From Octopus vulgaris (taxonomy: Eukaryota): a stretch of 64,000 nucleotides of DNA. Where the stretch lies: NCBI GenBank assembly GCA_951406725.2, contig OX597817.1, positions 105,896,001 to 105,960,000 on the forward strand, read 5' to 3'. Of the stretch, positions 29,832 to 43,033 are shown in pieces. The notes beneath the pieces were generated by a model. That model searched no databases, was not told where the DNA came from, and saw only the letters and a program-made list of their open reading frames with translations. The position numbers and the translations under genes were made by a program. How positions within the stretch are numbered: the stretch's first letter is position 1; each line of letters starts with the position of its first letter.

Positions 29832-29832
<1 letters not shown>
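28305..29832 (+). mobile_element. 5'-truncated L1/Tx1-clade LINE
   Basis: 433-aa ORF 28311-29612: GAKVNRDKS, LSLKGKA, GGLGMP, zinc-knuckle CARC..DSETVLHAIVQC; AATAAA then (CT)n at the 3' end. Confidence 0.9.
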
Positions 29833-29873
<41 letters not shown>

Positions 29874-30219
29874 TACACACACATAAACACGCGTGCACAC
29901 ACATACACACAAATATAGTAGAAAAGAGAGGGAAAATGAATTTAATCAGAGATGATGTAAGCTCAATGATAACAACAACAACAAAAATAAAAGCAATAAC
30001 AACATTAATAGCGTCCATAATACGAACAGTCAGTATCATATATCAGAATGTAAAACCAAGACAATGGGTCGGTCGCTATTACAAGTGCTAACCATGTGTC
30101 TGAAGCAATGAATAAAATAGTAGAAAGCTGTAACCTGCAATATATATATAAATATATATATATATGAACAGTTTATTGTAAACAAATTATCCATCCATAA
30201 ACGATATTTCAAGAAAAAA

Positions 30220-30785
30220 TGCCCTTGTCAGAGAGCATTTAGGAAAATTTGTAGGTGCATAGACTCAGCGAGTGTCTTCGCATCCATGGCGTACTAACCT
30301 GTTTTCCAGAGGGTGTTGGCAACAGATGTCTTGCCTGACCAGTGGGTGCGGCAATATAAGCGCTCCAGTCCTGCTAAACGTGGACTGGAGCAAGGCATAA
30401 CGGTCAGGCGGTAAGTTATTAAGAAAGCAATGTAGACATTTGCGACGTCTGCTCTTCCTTTTAGAGATAGTTTCCTTTCAACCCATTTCTGAATTAGGCT
30501 GGCCACCTTGCTTGTAACCTTGTTCCAATTCCTGTCCACCTGAAATTTCGAACCAAACCAGATCCTGAGCAATTTCACCAATCCGTATGTCCAGCAACCT
30601 ACTCTGCTCTTTGATGGCATAGACTTAGCTCTCCACTTGCTGAGCAGCCTGTCCACCGACTTGTTTGGATTTATCTTTACTTCTGTCATTGTATTCCTTT
30701 AGAATGTAATTTACTACCTGAACTTTTGTGATATCATCATGGTGACGTCATCCGCATACGCCAACACAGCTCTCCCGCATCCCAG
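30220..30785 (-). mobile_element. Degenerate L1/Tx1 LINE fragment
   Basis: Homologous to the 28311 ORF (KINPNKSV, WVERKLSLKGRA, ITYRLTVMPC); YADD codons near 30745-30759. Confidence 0.85.
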
Positions 30786-32164
30786 TAACAATATTTAACA
30801 TAGGCACGTTGCCACATATTTGTCGAGGGAGTCTCATATGTAACTGAATTTGTTATGTCGCTTCTCCAGCCTGTGTTGAATTAACCTAGTTGTAAGAAAA
30901 TATGCTATGAAATCCATATTTTCAAGAGTTCTGCGTTAAATGCTTTATTACAGCGGTACTATACTCTCTTCTGTTTTTTGAAACACTGGACGCTTAAGAT
31001 TGATCCTATATATTTTAAATTAAACAAATTACAATAATTAAGTTGGACGTCAGTAGTAATGGGCTAACTTGCTTCACTTTCGTCAGATGCAAATTACTAG
31101 GCTTGCCATTCTGTTTCCCCATTTTCGATGCATTAAACCTGTCACAAAGTAATTGAGCTTAATTATTATTTTCTCATAATTAAGATCGGTTGAAGGCATC
31201 ACATTATTACTGATATATTGCAGCCAATCAAGTGCTAACCATTAACATTAAATTAAATCACCATTTGTAAACAGGCAATAAATATTTTATTGTGTACTGT
31301 TTCTACTTTAACCTTATACCGTTATGTAAAAATATAGCACGGAGAACAAGTTTAATACATAGCAGTAATGCCTTGCGTTACTCTTTTATTGCTTATTCGC
31401 TATAACGCTCTTTTATTTTTTAAGGAGACAATATTTTTACTAGGATTGCACTACTTAAGTCTAGGAACTAGATCCTGGAAATTTCCCGTTATATAAATGT
31501 TCTTTTATTTTGTAGCATAAATTTATAAATCTTCATAACAGTTTTGTTATGTTAAAATATTCTTTTATGATAATTGAGGTTAATCAAAAAAAAAAAAAAA
31601 GGAGAAAGAAAGAAAGAAAATTGTTCATTCTGATGCCGTATCTTTGGAGCACAAAATCGTTTGTGGAGTTGCCTTCTTGTTTGAATAATAAATAAAGCAA
31701 CTATTCCATGTTCACTTTTTTTATTTTCTCTTCGTACTCGACTCATTTCAAGAAATTCTCCTTGATATTCTGCTCGTTACTGTTCACTTATGTCATTTCA
31801 AAGCATCTCTCTCTCTCTCTCTCTCTCTGAAATGTCTTCTTTTAATGAAGAATTCTCAATGATAAAAATTAAGAAAGAAATGCTCTGAAAAGAAATTTCA
31901 AAACTGTTATAACATTTCAAACACACAAAGAGATTTTTACTTATTTATTTATTTAAGGTGGTGAGCTGGCAGAATTGTTAGTACACTGGGCAAATGCTTT
32001 GTTGTATTTCTTCCGGCCTTTTACGTTTTGAGTTAAAATGCCGCTGAGATCAACTATACCTTTCTTACTTTCAGAGTCAGTAAAATAACCACCAAATGAG
32101 CACAGGAGTCGATGTAATCAACTATCTTCCTCCTCTAAAATTTCAGGTAAGGTACCAACAGCAG

Positions 32165-32248
32165 GAAGAAGAAGAAGAAGAAGAAGAAGAAGAAGAAGAA
32201 GAAGAAGAAGAAGAAGAAGAAGAAGAAGAAGAAGAAGAAGAAGAAGAA
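32165..32248. repeat. (GAA)n microsatellite at a SINE tail
   Basis: Read directly. Confidence 0.97.
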
Positions 32249-33344
32249 GGGGAGAGGAAAAGCAAAGGAAGAAAAGAGAAAGAGAAAGAAAGAGATGATG
32301 AGGAAGAAAGGAGATGAGGGGGAAGAGAAAGAAGGGAAGGAGGAAGAGGAAGACGAAAAAGAGGAGGTGGACCATTCATAGATCACAGAGACTGATTTGA
32401 TGGAGCCAAATGACACCATAATCCATACAGCATCCGTATGTTTTGTAAAGCTGGATGTACTAATACCCAGACAGTCAACGAATTTTTCCAGGTCCTTAAG
32501 GGTACCATCGAGCGTGGCAACACCTCAACTTGTATCTAATGCAGATAAAAAAAAAAGCACCATGTCGCACCTCCATCGCTGGAGAAGTAAAAAAAAAACA
32601 ACTGCTTCTAGGTTCAAGGCCAGAATAGGCCATTTAACATTATTACGTGGCGGTAAAGCTTCAGGAGATTAAAAGCTAAACCCATTGCTAGCTTATTCAG
32701 AACAGTGGAAGCAATGAGGGGAATATCAAAGATACAACGGCCTGTAGCTTGGGAATCAAACTAGAAAATTTCGGTAACAAAATCAGCGTTTTTTTTCATG
32801 CGTTTGTCATCTGATAATTTGAAGCTGTTGCAAAAAGAAAAAAAGAAAATCTCTAACCTAAGGTATTATTAGTGACTAATAATAATTCAGGCCACGCCAA
32901 GAATTTTGATACCCATCAGATCAATAATCTTGTCAAAGCAGTTAGCCTGTCAGCAAATATCTTGCACTAAGGTACAATGTTCTTGTATCCAGGCTCATTA
33001 CATTCATCGCACTTTCAAACAGTTGCACAACTTGTCTGGGACTTTTGGGTGAACCACTTTATCATGAAGGCCATAAATAATATCAAAGCAGCCTAGGAAG
33101 AAATAATCGAGAACTGCACGAACAGAGTTTGCAAGAAATTATGTTAAAAGCAGACTATCATACTCGTTTCTCTACTTATGTTATACTGGTTCATTTAGCG
33201 ATGGATTTTTGGAAAGAAATCTGGAACGCCAATCGAAATTAACACTGTGTAGCAAAATTCTTATTTCATTATATTATTATTTTTTTAAAATCTTTAGTCA
33301 GTAAGTGTTATTTCGTATTTACTTCTATGTAGAAATCAAAGAAA

Positions 33345-33668
33345 ATTACTACTATTCCCTTCAAACTTTGCTTTTGTGATCTGGACTTCAATGATTTGAA
33401 ACTGACTTATTCGCCATTACATTTCAGATAGATTCAGCGCTGAGTTGACAAAGAAGAGATATCATTATAGCAAATCTGCTCAATGCCACAGAATTTGCTT
33501 GTGAGCTGGTTGACCTCAACTACTTGAGCATGTCCTTTAGTGGCTGACAATACGTGCATCTCTGAGCATCATAGTCATTGGGGAGCACCATAGTCATGTG
33601 CTGAGAAGGATTCTTTGGGGTTTCAATAAATGTAACAAAAGCAAAGTTTGAAGAAAATATTAGCTATT
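33345..33668. mobile_element. MITE with about 30-bp terminal inverted repeats
   Basis: tattcccttcaaactttgcttttgt versus acaaaagcaaagtttgaagaaaata. Confidence 0.6.
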
Positions 33669-34749
33669 TTTCATATTTTCAAGTAGGGAATAACAGATGC
33701 TATCCAAGATCAAATATCGTGTTACACAGTGTTATTATCGTCACATTTTCAATGTTATCCCATAAGCGCAAATCTGGTCTACGAATCAGAGGAGAACATT
33801 TAATTTGAACTCAAAACGTAAAGAGCCGGAAGAAATATCACAAAATATATTCTTCCGATACTTTAACGATTCTGTCAGCTCATCGCTTTCATTGATACAA
33901 GGCCAGCAATTTAAAGGGGATGAATTAGTTGATACCACCGGCCCCAGTACTTCATTGGAACTTAATATTTTTTCTTCCTAAGAGGGATGAAAGACAAAGT
34001 TGACTCCGACCAGATTTGAACCTAGAATGTAAAGAGCCGGAAGAAGTACTACAAGGCACATCTTTTCATCGATATTTAAACGATTCTGCCAGTTCGTCGG
34101 TTTAATCAATCTTATGATAGTAACAATAACAATGATAAATCTTATACCAAGATTCATAAGCGTTTCTTTCGTGTTTCTAGACATATATAATTGACATTCA
34201 TACATATGACGCCACGGCAGTTTGATATATGAGATTGCCGTATGAACTAATATAACTTCAAGGAACGTATTTTATATCGAAATAAACTTAATGGCTCTAG
34301 AAACTCTAGTTTAAAACATAGATACGCATATTTTAAGAAAGTAAAGTAGTAATTGATAAAGAGTAGGTTCTGATAAACAGAAATAGAAAGTTGGCGGCGG
34401 TAAGACCTATGAGAATTGTGAGCAGAGAGTATATCGTTGTCCGACCAAGCGAATCTCCAAGGATCTCAGAAAATATTTGTATATATTGGAAACTAGCAGG
34501 GAGGGCCTCGAAAGAAATTTTGAAACTCCTGATAAAATCCTTCTCGGGATATTCAGTTCGAAAAAGATAACTGGATGAGTGACCACAAAACTGAGTCAGA
34601 CTAGGTGAAACTTAAAATTACAATTAATTCAGAATCTCGTTTGAAGCTGCAGGCTCAAAAGGAAACATCGCCAACACATCAGATTTATTTTAAACACACA
34701 CACACACACACACATACACACGTACATATTTGTAGGTGTACATACATAC

Positions 34750-34799
<50 letters not shown>

Positions 34800-35479
34800 T
34801 TTTATTACTTTATTCTTTCATTTGTTTCAGCCATTTGGCTGTGGTCATGCTGGAGCACTGCTTTACAGGGTTTTTCAGTCGAAGAAATTGATCCCAAGAC
34901 TTATTCTTTGTAAGCCCAATACTTATTCTTTGCCCCCACCAACGTTGGTTGTCAAACGATGTTAGGGGGTAAACACAGACACACACACATACGCGCGCGC
35001 ACGCGCGCGTATTATGTATATATGTATATGGTGCACTTTTGCGGTTTCCGTCTAAATTTGTCTAACACAGTGGTTCTCAACCATTGTTTTTTTTAATCTA
35101 TGGACCCCTTTGATCCCTATTTTACTCGGTTGGACCATTGTAGTCATTCAATGTTTACAAAATTCTATTATATATTTTAGAATTAAATATTATTAGGAAT
35201 TGTATAAAAGAAATTGCTTAAATATTTTGTGTATAACCAATTTATTATCTTTTGTGCTTTATCATTCATCTTTTACTTGTTTCAGTTATTTGGGGCACCG
35301 TCTTGAAGGGATTCAATCGAAGAAATCGACCCTGGGACTCTTTTTTGAAAGCTTGATACTTGTCCTCTTGTTTCTTTTGCTGAACCGCTAAGCTACGGAG
35401 ACGTAAAAACACCATCACCGGTCGCTAAGCGGTGATGGGAAACAAACACAGACAGAGACAGAGACACACACACACACGA

Positions 35480-36190
35480 CAGAAATTTAAGATCAAATCT
35501 AACTTTACTTGTGCCTCTGAAAACATAATTTATGTTATTAAATGCTCGGGCTGCCACCAAAACTACGTGGGTTCCACGGGACTATCACTCAGGCGCAGAT
35601 GCACACTGCATCGACAACAGATTGCATTCCCAGAATATAGAATGATACCTTTTAGTGAGCACATTGAGAAATGCGCAAAGCAACTACTGCCACAATTTTT
35701 AATCTTCCCATTTTACCAATGTGCTTTCGGATCATCAACACAAATGAGACTGAACAAGGAAACATTCTTCATTGAAAAGTACAAACCCAGACTCAACCAT
35801 CCGAACATACTGACACAGAGAAATTAACAAGGAAAAGGGAAAAAAAAAAAAAAAAATTTTTAAGCGATTATCTCCCCTACACCGGAAAAAATCACTCACT
35901 ACCTCCCCTTATTTAGAAATCTCCTGGAAATAAAAACAACGATAATTCCATGCAATATAAACATAACGTCACAAGAAATTTGAAAAGCTACACGCGAAAC
36001 CGGTAATTTCTTTAAAAATTTTAAAATTATGTCATTTTAAGGAAAGGGAAAAAAATTTTCCCAATATTCTCCAGACATTTTGACACAAATATATATATTT
36101 TTTAACATTTAAGCCTTCTGTCGTTTTTTCACACTTTACTATTTTCTTATATATTCACCCACGTGCTTTACCAAACAAACTTTCTTATCT
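35480..36190 (+). mobile_element. Penelope-like element 3' fragment (GIY-YIG endonuclease)
   Basis: FTCASENIIYVIKCSGCHQNYVGSTG.SLRRR...H...RLNKETFFIEKYKPRLN; hammerhead remnant about 145 nt after the stop. Confidence 0.9.
35973..36012 (+). ncRNA. Degenerate minimal hammerhead (family F) downstream of PLE GIY-YIG ORF
   Basis: AAGAAAT-TTGAAAA-GC(TACAC)GC-GAAA-CCGG-TA-ATTTCTT: 7-bp stem I and palindromic CCGG, but the core has two substitutions versus CTGANGA. Confidence 0.6.
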
Positions 36191-36759
36191 ATATGTATAT
36201 ATATATATATATATCGATATATATATATATATATACGACGGGCTTCTTTCAGTTTCTGTCAACCAAATCCATTTAAAAGGCTTTGGTCGGCCCCATGCTA
36301 TAGTAGAAGACACTTGGCCAAGGTGCCACGCAATGCGACAGAACCCGGAACCATGTAGTTGAGAAGCAAGCTTCTTACCACACAGCCACGCCTGCAAATA
36401 AATTTTAATAACAAAATCTTATATATCTCACCCCCAAGAACCATATGGACCTCGATTGAGAACCAGTGGTCTAACAAATCATTTGTCAGTTCCAGGCTAC
36501 AATAAACACTTGCTTATGATGTCACGCACTGGAATCGAACTCAGAACTATATGGGTTGCAAAGTGAGCATCTTCATTAAATTACACTGTCCGCATCGATC
36601 AGTATAGGTGATAAAAATTATACATAATTAATATATGCCTCTGTTAATAATGATTTCAAATCTTGGCACAATGTCGGCATTTTTTAATGTCAATTCAATC
36701 AACCCCAGTACTTGACTGATAATTATTCTATCGAACACGAAAGGCGATGTCGATCTCGG

Positions 36760-37335
36760 CAGAACAAAAGTAAAACCACTGAGTTGGCTGGCTGCGTGTG
36801 GGGTTTGAAGTCTAACGCCACAACACATACAATAAAGTGGAAAACAGTTGAAAAGTCCACACTATATGTCAACGGGTCAAAATATTTAAGCTATGCAGAG
36901 CTGAAAGAACACAGATCTTTTTCAGATCTAAGAGCTGTACCGCACCGCTGGATTTCAGATCTGAATATGTTCCTGTTAGCGAAATTGGAAAGTACCTTTC
37001 TCTCTGGATTGAGCAGCTGTACCACAAACTCTAGGCTACCATCTTTTCAGCCTTCAGTCATAACTCTAATTCTCCCTCACCACCACCACCTTTTGTTTTT
37101 TCTATTTGCTTTTTTGTTTTTCGGTTTTTCAACCTTACACCTTTTACATCTACTTCCTTCTCGCCTTTTGTGTTTTTATTCTCATATTGTCGTCTTGTTT
37201 TCAGCTTGTCATACTTTGTGGACACAGCCTGAAGATTGCGCTAAAGCACCAGATGTGTTGAAAAATGCTGTCTGATCTGTTTTCATAGCATGACACAAAT
37301 GGTATCTCATTAAGATTTACATTGTATTTATTAAA
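36760..37335 (+). mobile_element. Degenerate PLE 3' fragment
   Basis: TELAGCVWGLKS...IKWKTVEKSTLYVNGSK resembles the C-terminal part of PLE GIY-YIG domains; ACAGC-CTGAAGA...GAAA...GCTGT remnant at 37224-37271. Confidence 0.5.
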
Positions 37336-38181
37336 TAACATATATACACGACAGGCTTCTTTCCGTTTCCATCTACCAAATCCACTCACAAGGCTTTGGT
37401 CAACCCGAGGTTATAGTACAAGACACTTGCCCAAAGTGCCACCATGTGGTTAGAAAGCAAGCTTCTTACCACACGTCCACGCAGGTTTTTTTTTTAACGC
37501 TATGTTCCAGAATATTTTTAATCCTATAATAATCCTTTCTGCTATAGGCACAAGGCCTGAAATTTGGGGGACTCCAGTACTTGGCAGATACCTATTTTAT
37601 TTACCTCGAAAGGATGAACGGCAAAGTCGACCTCGGCAGAATTTGAACTCAGAACATGAAGACGGACGAAATACTACACACAAGGGGCTAAACACAGAAG
37701 GGACAAACAAGGACAGACAAACGAATTAAGTTGATTATATCGACCCCAGTGCGTAACTGGTACTTATTTCATTGACCCCGAAAGGATGAACGACAAAGTC
37801 GACCTCGGCGGAATTTGAACTCAGAACGTAGCGCCAGACGAAATACCGGTAAGCATTTCACCCGACGTGCTAACGTTTCGACCAGCTCGCTGCCCTACAT
37901 CTTGATCCTGTAATAATACCGACAATTTTCGAATTCAGATTCCGGAGAAGTAGCAGGATTGGAAATCACTTCGATGGCCAACATTTCGATGCTTGACAGT
38001 TATTTCCAGTTCAGCATCTTTTCAAAATATAATGTCGGGTACATAAGATTAAGAAGTATAAAAAAAAATCCAGTCGTATTTTATTGATATGTTAAATGTC
38101 AAGAAAAATATTAAATACTTGTAGGCCGACCAAAGCTTTCTGAATGGTTTTGATACACGGAAATTGAAAGAAGCCTGTCGT

Positions 38182-38262
<81 letters not shown>

Positions 38263-39106
38263 CCCCACAACGTTTGACAATTCAGGTTAGTTTGTTTTCG
38301 TCGCCGTGAGTTAGCGACTTGGAAAAAGTGACAAGCTTGAAAATAAGTAACCCTTCAAGGCGATACCCCGATATAGCCACAGTCCAAAGACTGAAACAAG
38401 TAAAAGATAACATCAAATTAAAATACAGATTCTTTTCAAAAAACATAACGTTTTAAATAATAAAAAGAAAAGCACTACGAAAACTTATCAATGGCTGAAG
38501 TTGACTGGCCTGCTTGCAAATATTTCAAGATTTTTAGGCCTATTTCTGTATTTATATTAATATATATTTATATTTTTCCAATAGCTTATAAAGTTTTGTC
38601 GGATAATTCATAACTGAAGTAGCATTTATTATTAAACCAAAGTTTGTAGATAAAATAACATTAAGAAGCTTCTATCCGTTCCCCCCACTTCACCCCTTTT
38701 ACTTTGATTTATCATACTTCATACTACTAAATATTCTTTCAACTTCTGCATTGAAGTGGGGAAGTTTCAAAGTTGAAATAAAAGTCTGTAAGGCGTTTAA
38801 AGAAATTGTACCCAGAATAAGATTAATATTAATAAACTTCACTGCTCAGAAGGTCAAGAACAATTTTATTGGTCCGGTCCAATAAAGGGTTTTTTTAATA
38901 TTTTTTTTTATTGATATTCAGCAGAAGATATGGATTCTTTTGATACTCCCAAATATTTCATCAATTTGGAAACCGAATTATTCATACATATATACATACA
39001 TATATACACACATACATACATGCATACAAACATACATACATACATACATACATACATACACACTCACATACATTCATACTCACATGCATATGTATATATA
39101 TATGTG

Positions 39107-39170
<64 letters not shown>

Positions 39171-39263
39171 CATATGTATATATATATATTATATATATAA
39201 ATGTATGCATTTATGTATGTATGTATTATGTGAGTGCACGCACACACGCACACACAAAAACAC

Positions 39264-39298
<35 letters not shown>

Positions 39299-40094
39299 TT
39301 GTTTCATCTTTTTTTTTTTACATATATCGTTTGTGCTCATTTTGAAGAGGAAAACGAATAAGTTTTTCTTATGGTTTTTAATATATATCTCGGTAAACGA
39401 ATAAGTATTTTTGTAGCTTGGTTAAGGCAAGCAAGAAAAACTAGTCTTTATTACCTTAACTGCTGGAGAAAAAGGCGGCAGGTTATACTACAAAAAAGGA
39501 CACACGCATCTAAAAAGAAATAAATAAAAAAAAAACACTAAGTTTCATTTTAAGGTTTTACTTCTCTAAATTTAACATTTTATGACATCCAACACGAAGT
39601 TGGTTTAATTTCACTTTGGGTGAAGGTTAGGAAACGAATAAAAACCAATTAGATATACGTACTGTAGCGTGCAGCTAATTAACTTCTGCGTCTCATCGTT
39701 TGTAACTACTGCAAAACCGCAATCACAAGTTACCACAAAAAATTTGGCATCTTTGAAATACGTCGCTTTGTGACCATGAACATGTCGAAAGTTTATGCAT
39801 GTATGTATGTATGTATGTATGTATGTATGTATGTATGTATGTATGTATGTATGTATGTATGCATGTATGTATGCATATATGTATGTATGCATGTATGTAT
39901 GCATGTATGTATGTATGTATATATGTACGTATGCATGTATTATGTATGCATGTATGTATGCATGCATGTATGCATGTAGGTATGCATGGATGTATGCATT
40001 ATGTATGCATGTATGTATGCATGTATGTATGTGTATGTGTGTATGTGTATGTATGTATGTATGTATGTATGTATGTATGTATGTATGTATGTGT

Positions 40095-40905
40095 TTCTCC
40101 TTTGAGTTTTATCGAAGTTCTCAGAGTTCAAGCCGGTCACTAACAAAGTGATATGGCTTTTTGAGTTAAGAGAGTTCCCGTATTTGCAAATAATTGGATG
40201 AGTTAGTGTGTTGGTTGAGCTGTTGATGCGCACACTTGAGTGTGTGCATCGACGGTTCAACGAATAGCCAAGTGTGTGCGTCTAAAGAATCTCAGATGAA
40301 GAATCTTTGTAATGTCTAATGAAACTTTACTGCGTCGCTAACAGATTGGATTTGGAGAATCCACGTCAGTTTCTTTTGCTCTTTCTTCGAAAGATCAAAT
40401 ATTTCGAGGGTTTTTTTTAAAGGTAAATTTGTATGTACATAACCTAGTGCACCTATGATGATAGGTACAAGAAATGGTCGACAATCTTTCTTCGGTTGAC
40501 TATTATGTATGAACATTTATTTTTCCCAAACTCTCTTCCTGTCTCGTGAAAATGTTGTGACTAGATCCAATTGTCTCTTTGTGTTGTTCATGTTGCCACA
40601 ACATAACTTTAAGTTCATCAACAAAAAATGTGTTGCGCGCATGATTTTTCTTTTAGTTTTATCTAAGTTCTTAAGAAAGTACAAATCGGTCGCTAACAAA
40701 ACGACAGGACTTTTTGAGTTAAGAGAATTCCCGCTGTTTGTAAATACGTGGTTAGCTTGGTGATTTGGTTGAGCTGTCGATGCACATTATGTATGTATGT
40801 TATTATTCAATGTTACTTCAAAATTTCTTGCTAATAGAGAAAGAGCCGGTTTCTAACCTTGATCCAAGGCTCCTTCACTGGAATTTCAAGAACATCAGCA
40901 GGGTA
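40095..40905 (-). mobile_element. R4/Dong-like LINE 3' fragments in (TATG)n
   Basis: LVPIIIGALGYV...LKKTLE...LQIQSV resembles the restriction-like endonuclease tail; 3'-UTR-like block repeated at about 40100-40235 and 40650-40785; (TATG)n on both sides. Confidence 0.55.
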
Positions 40906-41172
40906 TGTATGTATGAATGTATGTATATATGTATGTATGTATGTATGTATGCATGTATGTATGTATGTATGTATGTATGTATGTATGTATGTGTGCAGAA
41001 TCGCATGTTTTTTTTATGTATGTATTCTCATGACTATACTTGCATATCTAGATATACTCTTATATACTTAAATGATAAACTTCTGGAAAGTTTTACAGAT
41101 TTTTACAGTTCCATTGATGGCTTGGATCTGTAGTCTTCGAATCAGCTTCCTCCTTTCTGGTTTTGAGAACAA

Positions 41173-41237
<65 letters not shown>

Positions 41238-41243
41238 TATATA

Positions 41244-41407
41244 CGACGGGCTTCTTTCAGTGTCCGTCTACCAAATCCACTCACAAGGCTTTGGTCGGCC
41301 CGAGGCTATAGTAGAAGACACTTGACCAAGGTGCCACGCAGTGGGACTGAACCAGGACCCATGTGGTTGGTAAGCAAGCTACTTACCACACAGCCACTCC
41401 TACGCCT
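41244..41407 (-). mobile_element. tRNA-derived SINE head (family with internal microsatellite)
   Basis: Minus strand taggcgtaggagtggctgtgtggtaagtagcttgcttaccaaccacatgg...ggttcagtcccactgcg with Pol III A/B-box-like motifs; relatives at about 36236-36395, 37347-37480, 58370-58535 and 59435-59565. Confidence 0.8.
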
Positions 41408-42613
41408 ATATAAAAATATTAATTTGAAAAACTTGATGGAATTCACTACATTATTTTGAAAATTATCTGGATTTATATTTATTCGCTAGGTGACTATTTT
41501 CCTGTTAGTTATTTCTAGAAATGAGCTAAGTTGATAACCCTGTGTATTGGCTTCGTTATAAGACAATTTAAGGACGACGCTACGAAGGAGTTTCTGCGCG
41601 GTTGCTCGGTCTGCATTGAACTAATAAGAAAGCTTTATCACTTTTTGCCAAAGTATATTTTACTCGCAGCACATTTTAAAGCAAACAAAAATATTTTCCC
41701 GAACTTTGCGAATAAAGTTAAAAGATATGTATTAAATAAAGGTTATCGATAGGAAATATTAACGTCATATTTGGTAGTGACATTTCTGCTTGGACGTATT
41801 TGAGATAAACATCTGTTTTCAATGCCAAGATGTCTCTCATTCATTTTCGCTTGTATTTAATGTTACTGGGTGGTAAAGAATCTTCAAATTCTGATGTACA
41901 AAACTTGATTAAAATAGATAAAGCTTTTTAGCTAATGTGCTGTAGCAAGTCCTAGAATTGAAAACTTACAGCTTCAGTAACTAGACCCAAACCAGACTGG
42001 CGATATGTCCTGCTTATCAACTCGAAATATGTCCTGCTCATTAACCTCAAATATCACCCCATATTAAAGCTTGGTTTATTTTGTACCGCGCTTTTGTGGT
42101 TATATAAGCACAATCTGCGTAAACAAATCAGAGAGCGGTACTTCGGAAGCACAAGCAACAAGCCCTTTATATCGACAAGTTTTCCTTGGATGAAGTTCAC
42201 CGAGTTAAAAGGATTCTTCAACTAAGATGGTCAGAACATTATTCCCGCCTCTCACGTGATTTAATCCCATCTGTTTGTTATGGAATTGCAAACTACATTC
42301 GTCTCTAACACACCACACTACTCTGCTATAATAATATTCGATAAAAATTAATGACATTTTACAACGTTCGGAGTTGGCTTATTGTGGGACAACACGCAGC
42401 TAAACTTAATACCAATCTGTAAATACCCATTCGACCAACCCGACAGTGTCGATTATGTCCGTTATGTATGCGGGCTTGATTTTAAATCTGCAATCGCTGG
42501 ATATGGAAGCCAATTCTTTTCCTTCGGATAATCTTAAGCAAATAAAGTTTTGATAAATAGGCTTCAAATCCCATTATAGAATTCTATTAGTTAAAGGCAC
42601 ACTAGACAGTCGT

Positions 42614-43033
42614 GATTAAAATAAGGTTGTGTGCATTTATATTTTTAACATGTTCGTGTACCTTCAAACATAGAAAGACAATCACGACGTTAAGTATCTA
42701 GGAAGAGAAATTCTCCTTACAGAGAATGTATGTAAAAACACGCCGAGTTAGCCGTGAATTACGTCATCAGATTGTAGGACGCGTGTTTCTGCGTCGTTAC
42801 GTTTCATCAGCAACAAGGAATCTATCGTCCATAGTCTACTAAGAACTACCGCTCTTATATATACACAGTAAACAATAAATTTGCTGGTGTGTGTTAAGTT
42901 TTGTCAGCAAATTTATGAACGGCAGTTTTACAAAAAAAATTTTCTTCCCAGGCATTTACCGCAGCGTAAGTCTTTTTATATTTGTGTGTACACGAACATG
43001 TTAAATATAGATGTCCGGAAACTTATTTTAATA
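42614..43033. mobile_element. MITE-like element with about 45-bp inverted arms
   Basis: attaaaataagg...ttaacatgttcgtgtac versus gtacacgaacatgttaa...cttattttaat. Confidence 0.5.

Larger units (their letters stand above)
35068..36468. mobile_element. hAT(Charlie-like) MITE with nested insertions
   Basis: TIRs CAGTGGTTCTCAACC / GATTGAGAACCAGTG and perfect 8-bp TSD GTCTAACA (35060-35067, 36469-36476). Confidence 0.88.

Noticed and set aside
32096-32419. Poly-E / poly-L / poly-S / poly-F ORFs
   Set aside because: (GAA)n microsatellite at a SINE tail.
40838-40885. Minus-strand GTGAAGGA-GCCTTG(GAT)CAAGGT-TA-GAAA-CCGG
   Set aside because: Hammerhead-like in shape, but the core mismatches, UH is missing and no adjacent stem I.
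42793-42816. Minus-strand GTTG-CTGATGA-AACGTA
   Set aside because: No stem II between the core boxes; probably chance.
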